32,000 nt of DNA, from positions 69,262 through 101,261 of the forward strand of contig ONGJ01000001.1 of NCBI GenBank assembly GCA_900317375.1, read 5' to 3'. This stretch comes from an uncultured Eubacteriales bacterium (lineage in GTDB: Bacteria > Bacillota > Clostridia > Oscillospirales > Oscillospiraceae). The notes under the pieces were generated by a model. It worked only from the letters and a program-made list of their open reading frames with translations. It ran no database searches and was not told where the DNA came from. This document shows positions 24,497-32,000 of the stretch, one piece after another. Each line of letters begins with the position of its first letter. The first letter of the stretch is position 1. The position numbers and the translations under genes were made by a program.

Positions 24497-24526
24497 AAAT
24501 GCCGTCCCATTTCGGGGACGGCATTT
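24497..24526 (-). other. 12-bp intercistronic stem-loop between the lipoprotein gene and the 5'-nucleotidase gene
   Basis: AAATGCCGTCCC (24497-24508) / GGGACGGCATTT (24515-24526). On the minus strand there is no U-tract beyond the stem, only GAGAAGGGAG (the SD of the next gene). This looks like an attenuator, processing or stability element rather than a full terminator. Confidence 0.5.
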
Positions 24527-24533
24527 TCACGGT

Positions 24534-25724
24534 TCATCCGTTCGTTTCTGCATCCGGTTCCGATTCTTCTGCTTCGTTTTCCGGATGTGCTGCTTCTTCG
24601 TCATTCTGGGAGGCGGCTTCGCATTTCGGGTATTCGTCGACTGTCCAGCGATAGCTCCCCCAGAAATCCGTATCCGATTTCAGAAAGCCCTGCTCGAGGC
24701 CGGCAAACAGGTCGACATGGTAATACTGGCCGTCGATCCTGACGATATTCCAGCAGTGGTCCTCCCAATCCTTCTGGCCGTCGACAAGCATGCATTCCAG
24801 ACCGCCGCGGCGGCAAAGCTCGACAAAGCCCAGGGCAACACCCTCGGGGTCAGCACGCTTCTGAACCAAAGCCGCGTAAACCGTCGGCGGACCGGCCGGA
24901 TCACAGCAGGACGAAAGACTTTCAAAGGCGTCCAGGGCGACCGCATATTCATCGGGGTCCTCCTTCGTCGGGAAGACGATCGCATCCAGTTCTTCTTTCT
25001 CACGCCGAAAATCCTGTTCGGACAGATCATATGTCAGCAGAATCTCATACAGGCGCTGACTGGCACTGCCGGAAAACAGGCTGACAGAAACATGCGGTTC
25101 CTGCGGGGCAAGGCCGGGATGGGCGCGATAGACATCGGAAAAACGCAGGGCCATGCTCTCGGAGGTCAGGATGGAGCGATTGATGAGAATGGCCAGCCTC
25201 GACCTCCCCGAGCTGATCGCCTCGGCAATCCGATCGTCCAGGTCGGTCGCATAGGGCATCGAGATAATCTCTTCGACGGGCAGTGCGCCGGCGCTGTAGG
25301 ACACCTTCAGCTTCGCCTCAGTGCGGGAAACAATCTGGGTCATCTCATAGGCAATGTTTTCCACACAGTAGGCGCAGAGGGCGTCCTCGGTCCTGACCTG
25401 CCAGCAGGCTGAAGCGAGATCTTCGTACGGATTTCCCGCGTAGGAGGAGTCGAAGACGATCGTTCGCTCGGAAGCGCCTGCAGCCACCGTATTTCGAATG
25501 GCATCTCTCAGATCACTGAGCCCGGTCACCGTTACCGTATCGCGGCTGCTGCTTTCCTTCCTGTCGGGGAGAGGGTAATCGGACTCAACGAGATAGGTAT
25601 CGTCAAAAAAGCTGCAGCCGCTCAGAACGAGGGAAAGAAGCAAAACGGTGAGCAGGCGCATGAACGCCGGGTGAAGTGCATGAGAAGGCCTTGAGGCTGG
25701 AGATGTCAGATCCGGGAGCATCAT
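24534..25724 (-). CDS. Lipoprotein with C-terminal transglutaminase-like domain (catalytic Cys apparently replaced)
   Basis: The N-terminus has a lipobox (LLLSLVLSGCSFF). The C-terminus, TVYAALVQKRADPEGVALGFVELCRRGGLECMLVDG..HCWNIVRIDGQYYHVD, resembles the transglutaminase core, with Ala where the Cys is expected. The tail is acidic. The ATG at 25724 overlaps the parC-like stop (ATGA). Confidence 0.65.
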   Translation of the reverse strand: MMLPDLTSPASRPSHALHPAFMRLLTVLLLSLVLSGCSFFDDTYLVESDYPLPDRKESSSRDTVTVTGLSDLRDAIRNTVAAGASERTIVFDSSYAGNPYEDLASACWQVRTEDALCAYCVENIAYEMTQIVSRTEAKLKVSYSAGALPVEEIISMPYATDLDDRIAEAISSGRSRLAILINRSILTSESMALRFSDVYRAHPGLAPQEPHVSVSLFSGSASQRLYEILLTYDLSEQDFRREKEELDAIVFPTKEDPDEYAVALDAFESLSSCCDPAGPPTVYAALVQKRADPEGVALGFVELCRRGGLECMLVDGQKDWEDHCWNIVRIDGQYYHVDLFAGLEQGFLKSDTDFWGSYRWTVDEYPKCEAASQNDEEAAHPENEAEESEPDAETNG

Positions 25725-27958
25725 AGGAGACTCAGCTGCTCCTCTCCCCGATCCTCCGGCTTCATTGCCACAGGGGCCTTCGGGATACTGCGGGCACGGT
25801 AGCGGGCGGGATCTTTCAGATCGTCCTCCTGCAGGGGCTGGAGGGAAAGCAGCTTCTTTTTGCCGCGCAGGGAGAGGACGGTAATCCCCTGACTGCTGCG
25901 GGTGGGCTTCAGCGGAATCAACGACGAGCTGACGACGAGAACACGGCCGTCATCCGTCAAAAGCAGCAGATCGGTTACCGCGTCAAGCGGCAGGATGCCG
26001 ATCAGGGGACTTTTGTCCGAATAGGCATTGATCAGCTTTTTCCGGTAGGTCTTCGTCTGCCAGGCCGACATTGGGATCTGCGCGAGCTTGCCGTTTTCAA
26101 AGGCAAGGATCAGAGAACTGCTGTAATCGCCCGGATCGACCATGTCCAGAACGCTCTCCCCTTCATCCATCTTCAGCAGGGCGGGCAGATAGGAACCAAG
26201 GGTGGATGCCTTGGTGGCCTCGATCTCGGAGAGCTTCAGGCGGTAGACCTGCTGACGGTCCGTAAAGAAGAGCAGCTCGTGCGCATTGCCGGTCTCGAGA
26301 CTCCGGCGCAGGCTGTCCCCTTCTTTGTATTTGTGCTCACCGCTCATGCGCAGGGAAAGCGGGGTGATCTTTTTGAAATAGCCCTCTTTGGACAGGAAGA
26401 CGGTGACCGGATCGTCCGAAACCGGCTCGTCATCGTCAGACTCGGGCAGTTCGTCGGCATAGACGATCGTGCTGCGGCGCGGGGTCGGAAACTGGCGGTT
26501 GATTTTCGTCAGCTCGTCAATCAGCACAGCGCGCAGCTTGCGGCGGCTGTTCAGGATGCTCTCCAGAGAGGCGATGTCCTTCTCCAGGGATTCGATCTCC
26601 GCGGTGCGGCGCAGAATGTATTCCCGGTTGATGTTGCGCAGGCGGATTTCGGCGACAAACTCGGCCTGCGCCTCGTCAATGCCGAAGCCGACCATCAGAT
26701 TCGGTACGACATCGCTTTCGAGTTCGGTATTGCGGATAATCTCGATCGCGCGGTCAATATCAAGCAGAATCTTCTGCAGGCCCTGCAGAAGGTGCAGTTT
26801 GTCCTTCTTCCCTGCCAGTTCATGGAAAATCCGGCGCCGGACGCATTCCGTACGCCATGCAATCCATTCTTCCAGAATCTCCTGCACACCCATGACACGG
26901 GGATTTCCGGCAATGAGGATGTTGAAGTTGCAGGGGAAGGAATCCTGCAGGGTCGTAGAACGAAAGAGCTTCTGCATCAGCTTTTCCGGATCCGTACCGC
27001 GCTTGAGGTCAATCGCGAGGCGCAGCCCGTTCAGGTCCGTCTCGTCACGCATGTCGTTAATCTCGCGGATCTTCCCCGCCTTGATCAGCTCGGCCACCTT
27101 GTCCAGGATGGCCTCGCAGGTCGTCGTATAGGGAATCTCGGTGATCTCGATCAGATTCTCCTTCTGCAGATAGCGCCAGCGGGCACGGATGGGAATACTC
27201 CCCCGCCCGGTACGGTAGACCGCCTCCATAGCGGCACGGTCATAGAGAATCTCGCCGCCGGTCGGAAAATCCGGGGCCGGCATCAGACTCAGCAAATCCG
27301 CCTCGCCGTCGCGCAGCAGGGCGATGGCTGCCGAGCAGACCTCATTCAGGTTGAAGCCGCAGATCTGACTTGCCATGCCGACCGCAATGCCGGAGTTGGC
27401 GGAGACCAGCACATTGGGAAAGGCCGTAGGCAGCAGGACCGGCTCCTTCATGCTGCCGTCATAGTTGTCGACAAAGTCAACGGCATCCTTGTCGATGTCG
27501 TCGAATACCGTTGTACAGATCTTTGCGAGCTTGGCCTCGGTATAACGGGAGGCGGCATAGGCCATGTCACGGGAATAGACCTTGCCGAAGTTCCCTTTGG
27601 AGTCCACGAAGGGCGTCAAAAGGGACTCATTGCCCGCGGACAGGCGGACCATGGTCTCATAGATGGCGGCATCCCCGTGGGGATTGAACCTCATGGTCTG
27701 GCCGACGATGTTGGCACTCTTGGTGCGCGCACCGCTGAGCAGACCCATCTTGTACATGGTATAGAGGAGCTTGCGATGGGAGGGCTTGAAGCCGTCGATC
27801 TCGGGGATCGCGCGGGAGACAATGACGCTCATGGCATAGGGCATGTAGTTCTGCTCGAGCGTATCGGTAATCGCCTGCTCGCTGGTCTCGCCGCGAAGGC
27901 CGAGGACATTCGGATTGTCTCTGTTTTTCGGGGGTTCTTCTGTCTTTTTCTTTCTCAT
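25721..27958 (-). CDS. parC: Type IIA DNA topoisomerase subunit A (topoisomerase IV ParC-like; no GyrA box seen)
   Basis: 745 aa. YMPYAMSVIVSRAIPEIDGFKPSHRKLLY, NPHGDAAIYETMVRLS, the active-site Tyr in AASRYTEAKL, and a beta-pinwheel-like CTD lacking a QRRGGKG-type GyrA box. The SD GAGGT overlaps the parE-like stop. Confidence 0.8.
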   Translation of the reverse strand: MRKKKTEEPPKNRDNPNVLGLRGETSEQAITDTLEQNYMPYAMSVIVSRAIPEIDGFKPSHRKLLYTMYKMGLLSGARTKSANIVGQTMRFNPHGDAAIYETMVRLSAGNESLLTPFVDSKGNFGKVYSRDMAYAASRYTEAKLAKICTTVFDDIDKDAVDFVDNYDGSMKEPVLLPTAFPNVLVSANSGIAVGMASQICGFNLNEVCSAAIALLRDGEADLLSLMPAPDFPTGGEILYDRAAMEAVYRTGRGSIPIRARWRYLQKENLIEITEIPYTTTCEAILDKVAELIKAGKIREINDMRDETDLNGLRLAIDLKRGTDPEKLMQKLFRSTTLQDSFPCNFNILIAGNPRVMGVQEILEEWIAWRTECVRRRIFHELAGKKDKLHLLQGLQKILLDIDRAIEIIRNTELESDVVPNLMVGFGIDEAQAEFVAEIRLRNINREYILRRTAEIESLEKDIASLESILNSRRKLRAVLIDELTKINRQFPTPRRSTIVYADELPESDDDEPVSDDPVTVFLSKEGYFKKITPLSLRMSGEHKYKEGDSLRRSLETGNAHELLFFTDRQQVYRLKLSEIEATKASTLGSYLPALLKMDEGESVLDMVDPGDYSSSLILAFENGKLAQIPMSAWQTKTYRKKLINAYSDKSPLIGILPLDAVTDLLLLTDDGRVLVVSSSLIPLKPTRSSQGITVLSLRGKKKLLSLQPLQEDDLKDPARYRARSIPKAPVAMKPEDRGEEQLSLL

Positions 27959-27966
27959 GGGCTACC

Positions 27967-29979
27967 TCAGCTTAAGTCGGCCTGATCGAGGAAGTTGGCG
28001 CCGTACTGGGCGATGTGGTTCTTGCGGCCGTCGAGGTTGTCGCCGAGCAGCAGGTCGAACATCCGGGCCATCTCTTCGGCATTCTCGGGCATCACCCGGA
28101 TCAGGCGGCGCGTTTCGGGATTCATGGTGGTCAGCCACATCATGTCCGGGTCGTTCTCGCCCAGGCCCTTGCTGCGGCTGATGCTGACTTTCGTGTTCTT
28201 CAGACCGGCAAGAATCTCGCTCTTTTCCTTCTCGGTATAGGCAAACCAGGTTTTGCCTTTGGCGTTGATCTCATACAGCGGCGACTCGGCAATATACACC
28301 AGGCCTTCGCGGATCAGGGTCGGTACCAGGCGGTAGAGCATGGTGAGGATCAGGGTCCGGATCTGGTAGCCGTCGACATCGGCATCGGTGCAGATGATGA
28401 CCTTGTTCCAGCGCAGTGCGGAGAGATCAAAAGAGCTCAGATCCTTGGTGTGCTTGTCCTTAACCTCGACCCCGCAGCCGAGGACCTTGATGAGGTCGGT
28501 GATGATCTCGCTCTTGAAGATGCGGACATAGTCCGCCTTCAGGCAGTTGAGAATCTTTCCCCTGACGGGCATAATGCCCTGAAACTCGGCATCGCGGGAT
28601 AGCTTGCAGGCGCCGAGAGCGGAATCGCCCTCGACGATATAGATCTCGCGTCTCTCCGGATCGCGACTGCGGCAGTCGACAAACTTCTGGATGCGGTTGG
28701 CGATGCCCACCTGACCGGTCAGTTTGTTTTTGGTGACGATGCGGGCGCGCTCGGCTGATTCCCGGCTGCGCTTGTTGATGAGGACCTGATCGGCGATCCG
28801 GTCGGCGTCGGCCTTGTTCTCAAGAAAGTATACCTCAAGCTGCTCCTTGAAGAACTCGGTCATGGCCGTCTGGATGAAGCGGTTGGTGATGGACTTTTTG
28901 GTCTGGTTCTCATAGGAGGTCCGCGTCGAAAAGCAGTTGGTTACCAGGACGAGACAGTCCTGAATATCCTGGAACTTGATGGCGGATTCGTTTTTCTGGT
29001 ATTTGCCGGAGGCACGGATGTAGCCGTCGATGGCCGACTGAAAAGCGCTGCGCACCGCCTTGTCGGGTGCACCGCCGTTTTCGAGCCAGGAGGAGTTGTG
29101 ATAATACTCGAGCAGCTTGACCCGGTTTGAAAAGCAGAAGGCACAGGAGATTTTCAGCCGGTACTCTTCTTTATCATCGCGGTCACGGCCTTTGCGCTCG
29201 GCCTGGATAAAACGAGGCTGGGTCAGGGGCGACTCCCCTGCCAGTTCCTTCACATAGTCGACGATGCCGTTTGCATAAAGGTATTCACGGGTCTCGAAGC
29301 CGCCGCCCGGCTTCTCCAGGCGCAGACGGAAGCTTACCCCGGCATTGGCCACGGCCTGACGGCGCAGGCAGTCGTCAAAATACTCGGTCGGGATATCGAT
29401 GTCCGTAAACACATCCAGATCCGGCAGCCAGCGGATGACCGTGCCTGTTTTCCGCCGGTCCGCCGGGCTCTTTTTCAGCTCTTCGCCTTTTTTGCCGACA
29501 GGATAGCCGCGTTCAAAGCGCAGGTCATAACGGAAGCCGTCGCGGCGTACCGTCACGTCCATATAGCGTGAGGCGTACTGGGTCGCGCAGGATCCCAGTC
29601 CGTTCAGGCCGAGGGCAAAGCCATAGTCGCCACCCTCATCGTTGTTGTTGTATTTACCGCCGGCATACAGCTCGCAGAAGACAAGCTCCCAGTTCCAGCG
29701 CTGTTCGCGCGGGTTCCAGTCCAGGGGACAGCCGCGTCCGAAATCCTCAACCTCGATGCTGCGGTCCAGATAGTAGGTCAGGGTGATTTGATTGCCGTAG
29801 CCCTCGCGGGCCTCGTCAATGGCATTGGAAAGAATTTCAAAGACCGCATGCTCGCAGCCGTCCAGACCGTCGGAGCCAAAGATGACGCCGGGACGCAGCC
29901 GGACGCGGTCCGGGCCCTGGAGCTGGGAAATGCTTTCGTTGCCGTATTCGGGAGATACCGATGTTTTTGCTTTGGGCAT
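27967..29979 (-). CDS. parE: Type IIA DNA topoisomerase subunit B (ParE/GyrB-like)
   Basis: 670 aa. GHKL ATPase N-terminus (HAVFEILSNAIDEA, LNGLGS), Toprim EIYIVEGDSALG, PVRGKILN and ICTDADVDGYQI. AGGAG lies 6 nt before the ATG. Confidence 0.85.
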   Translation of the reverse strand: MPKAKTSVSPEYGNESISQLQGPDRVRLRPGVIFGSDGLDGCEHAVFEILSNAIDEAREGYGNQITLTYYLDRSIEVEDFGRGCPLDWNPREQRWNWELVFCELYAGGKYNNNDEGGDYGFALGLNGLGSCATQYASRYMDVTVRRDGFRYDLRFERGYPVGKKGEELKKSPADRRKTGTVIRWLPDLDVFTDIDIPTEYFDDCLRRQAVANAGVSFRLRLEKPGGGFETREYLYANGIVDYVKELAGESPLTQPRFIQAERKGRDRDDKEEYRLKISCAFCFSNRVKLLEYYHNSSWLENGGAPDKAVRSAFQSAIDGYIRASGKYQKNESAIKFQDIQDCLVLVTNCFSTRTSYENQTKKSITNRFIQTAMTEFFKEQLEVYFLENKADADRIADQVLINKRSRESAERARIVTKNKLTGQVGIANRIQKFVDCRSRDPERREIYIVEGDSALGACKLSRDAEFQGIMPVRGKILNCLKADYVRIFKSEIITDLIKVLGCGVEVKDKHTKDLSSFDLSALRWNKVIICTDADVDGYQIRTLILTMLYRLVPTLIREGLVYIAESPLYEINAKGKTWFAYTEKEKSEILAGLKNTKVSISRSKGLGENDPDMMWLTTMNPETRRLIRVMPENAEEMARMFDLLLGDNLDGRKNHIAQYGANFLDQADLS

Positions 29980-29993
29980 AAAAAACTCCTATT

Positions 29994-30263
29994 TTAAAAG
30001 AACAGTTTCAGCAGAATCAGAAGCGCGATGCCGGGAATGCCGGCGAGGCCGGCAACCAGAACCCGCGGCCATGTGATCGGAAGGTAGAAATTGAAGAAGC
30101 CGCCGACAAGATTGACAAGAATCAAAAAGCCGATCCCCGCCCCCGCGTGAAGCAGGAACTTCAGGATGCCCTTGATGGGGGCAGCAAGGATTTTGACCCC
30201 GACGTAAATCATCAGGATCACGGCAGCGATGATGCCGATATCAGCAAGAAGATTGGCAGGCAT
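29994..30263 (-). CDS. bofA: Pro-sigma-K processing inhibitor BofA family membrane protein
   Basis: 89 aa with two TM segments. ...APIKGILKFLLHAGAGIGFLILVNLVGGFFNFYLPITWPRVLVAGLAGIPGIALLILLK matches the BofA pattern (N..G....pi...t....G.LGiPG). The SD AAAGGAA precedes the ATG at 30263. The ORF-track extension lies inside the upstream gene. Confidence 0.75.
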   Translation of the reverse strand: MPANLLADIGIIAAVILMIYVGVKILAAPIKGILKFLLHAGAGIGFLILVNLVGGFFNFYLPITWPRVLVAGLAGIPGIALLILLKLFF

Positions 30264-30276
30264 GGGATTCCTTTCG

Positions 30277-32000
30277 TCAGATCGGCCAGGTAGGCAGCCA
30301 GCTGAATACCAGTTTGCTCTTCCCGTTGTCGACCGGCAGCCCGCAGAGCACCGGGAAAAAGAAGAGAAACAGGAACACGGACACGGCGGTAAAGGCAAGC
30401 GTCACGTATTTTCTGCGCGGGGAAGCCTTTTCCATGATCCAGAACAGATAGCACAGAGCAGGTACCAGAAACACGGAAGCGGCAAAATAATGATAGGCAA
30501 AGGTCAGGCGCGTGATGAAAACCCACGGCACAAGCTCTGCAAGATAGGCCGTCAGCAGAAAAGCGGCCGTACGGTCCCGCCGCGTGACCGCCTCCCAGAG
30601 AAGGACCGCCAGACTCATCAGACCGCCCCAGCAGATCAGCGGGTTGTTAAAGGCGGCGATGTCGATATGCCGGCCGTCCGGCAGATACTCGAGATAGTAA
30701 AGAATGGGCCGGATATTCAGGATCCACTGATACCAGCGCGAGGCATAGGGATGCTGGGCAACGAGCCGGGCGTGATAGTCAAACATAAAGGTCTGGTTTT
30801 CCAGCACCAGGCGGGTGTAAGGCTCGCTGAAAACCGGGAAACCCTTAACCCTGCCGTAGGGCAGATAGGAGAGATAATAGATCAGGCCCGGAATCAGGAT
30901 AAAGAAAAACAGACAGAACGGAACATTCCGCAGGAAGGCAGCGGCGGGCAGCGGCCGCTTCTCCCGGGCGGCAAGGACAAAAGCCCGGATCCAGTGCCCG
31001 ATCCACAGCAGAGCCAGCCCGGCGCCGGCATAAAAGCAGATCCACTTGCAGGCGATCCCGAGGCCGAAGCTGAACCCGCACAGGGCCAGATCCGCCGGAC
31101 TGTCATCCGAAAGCCAGCCATACATGAAACAGTACATCAGCAGGACAAACAGCACGGAGAAGCTGTCGATGGTGGCGATGCGCGTCTGGGTGTAGTGCAG
31201 GAAGCCGGAGGCCAGCAGCACCGTGCCCAGCAGCGGGATCCGCCGTCCGCCATAGAGGCGCCTGAGGAAGATATACATGACCGGCAGCATCAGAACGCCG
31301 GTCAAGGTCCCGGAAAAACGCCAGCCAAAGGGCGTCATGCCGAAAAGAAGAATGCCCAGGGAGAGGAGTTCCTTCCCGAGCGGCGGATGCGAAAGCTCAT
31401 AAGGCCAGATATCATGAAGATGCTCCCACGCGGTGCGGGCGTGGTAAATCTCGTCAAAATAGCTGGAATTGTGATAGGTCTGCTTCTCCGGGACGAGGTC
31501 ACCCTCGTCATGCAGGTTTTCCTCGCTGCAGGAAAAGGCGATGCGCTCGCCCGCCCCGTCAAAAAGGACCAGTTCCCCGAGCCAGGGCGTACCGGACAGC
31601 CAGCGAAGGCGCAGGTAAGCTGCGGGAGAATCCAGCTCCAGATCCACCGTGTTCCACTTGAGGACGGAAACATGGTCCTGCCGGAAGGAAGCAACGGGAA
31701 GCCAGCCCTGCTGATCTTCAGAAACCTCAATCGAATACTCCCCCTGCCCGACGCCGGTAAACAGCATGAGTTTCGCCGGGGCCTCAGCGGAAGCGGGCAT
31801 GAGAACAACGCTGCGGTCCGCCATGGGCACAAAGCTCTCCGGGGAGGCGAGATTGCCCAGATTCCAGAAAGCGAAAACCGCATAGACGGCCGTAACAAGG
31901 AAGACCCTGAAAGCCTCACGCCGCGTCAGGGCTTTTGCCTGGTCCCGCGTCCGCACCGCGGGAAGACGGCAGCGGTTCAAATCCGGCAGGAAGGAGAAAA
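30277..32000 (-). CDS. Phospholipid-carrier-dependent glycosyltransferase (GT39/PMT-like, YkcB-type) with an extracytoplasmic insert after TM1; the 5' end may lie beyond the window
   Basis: SSYFDEIYHARTAWEHL...YELSHPPLGK is the PMT/GT39 loop-1 motif. The protein has many TM segments and a C-terminal PMT_4TMC-like region. The first in-window start is the TTG at 31980, which has no SD, and the frame stays open to position 32000. Confidence 0.8.
   Translation of the reverse strand, partial: FSFLPDLNRCRLPAVRTRDQAKALTRREAFRVFLVTAVYAVFAFWNLGNLASPESFVPMADRSVVLMPASAEAPAKLMLFTGVGQGEYSIEVSEDQQGWLPVASFRQDHVSVLKWNTVDLELDSPAAYLRLRWLSGTPWLGELVLFDGAGERIAFSCSEENLHDEGDLVPEKQTYHNSSYFDEIYHARTAWEHLHDIWPYELSHPPLGKELLSLGILLFGMTPFGWRFSGTLTGVLMLPVMYIFLRRLYGGRRIPLLGTVLLASGFLHYTQTRIATIDSFSVLFVLLMYCFMYGWLSDDSPADLALCGFSFGLGIACKWICFYAGAGLALLWIGHWIRAFVLAAREKRPLPAAAFLRNVPFCLFFFILIPGLIYYLSYLPYGRVKGFPVFSEPYTRLVLENQTFMFDYHARLVAQHPYASRWYQWILNIRPILYYLEYLPDGRHIDIAAFNNPLICWGGLMSLAVLLWEAVTRRDRTAAFLLTAYLAELVPWVFITRLTFAYHYFAASVFLVPALCYLFWIMEKASPRRKYVTLAFTAVSVFLFLFFFPVLCGLPVDNGKSKLVFSWLPTWPI

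Noticed and set aside
20066-25412. ORFs 20066..21223 (+), 21984..23207 (+), 23223..24146 (+) and 24369..25412 (+)
   Set aside because: They are antisense to tgt/deoC, the 5'-nucleotidase and the lipoprotein gene. 21984..23207 would also run through tRNA-Leu and its terminator.
26279-27985. 568-aa ORF on the plus strand
   Set aside because: It is antisense to the parC-like gene and its product is low-complexity and G/R/A/D-rich with no motifs. The same reasoning applies to 28015..28602, which is antisense to the parE-like gene.
1-32000. Search for CRISPR arrays, IS elements, toxin-antitoxin pairs, retron-like or defence gene clusters
   Set aside because: I saw no regularly spaced direct repeats, no transposase or reverse-transcriptase-like ORFs, and no small paired ORFs outside those annotated. 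The window reads as core genome.

Overview
This is a GC-rich Firmicutes/Clostridia-type core chromosome segment, probably from a spore-former or a descendant of one because a bofA homologue is present. The window is densely coded. I call 30 protein genes, a type-A RNase P RNA and two tRNAs (Gly-GCC, Leu-UAG), plus several sigma-A-like promoters and intrinsic terminators that can be read directly from the sequence. Gene content, left to right:
- serine hydrolase fragment, orphan solute-binding lipoprotein, rnpB, murD, ynbB-like PLP enzyme, GPH sugar symporter, trxA
- papain-like peptidase, PPi-type phosphofructokinase, class II aldolase
- a degenerate P-type ATPase
- a recombination/repair cluster: Xer paralogue, radA, nif3/trmK, ruvBAC, xerD
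- yajC, tgt, deoC, the two tRNAs, a large 5'-nucleotidase
- an operon of GT39 glycosyltransferase, bofA, parE-like, parC-like and a transglutaminase-like lipoprotein

I see no CRISPR array, IS element, prophage or recognisable defence island, and no convincing new multi-gene system. The observations most worth follow-up are:
- a dif-like motif whose XerD arm is identical to B. subtilis dif, with a second near-copy, in the unexplained spacer just upstream of xerD
- an intact P1B-ATPase homologue that lacks the actuator domain and has nearly all catalytic motifs mutated
- a tRNA-Gly / strong terminator / tRNA-Leu arrangement
- a roughly 200-nt leader with an anti-SD element upstream of a small zinc-ribbon gene
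- an apparently circularly permuted solute-binding protein

All protein assignments come from motif recognition by eye. No database searches were run.
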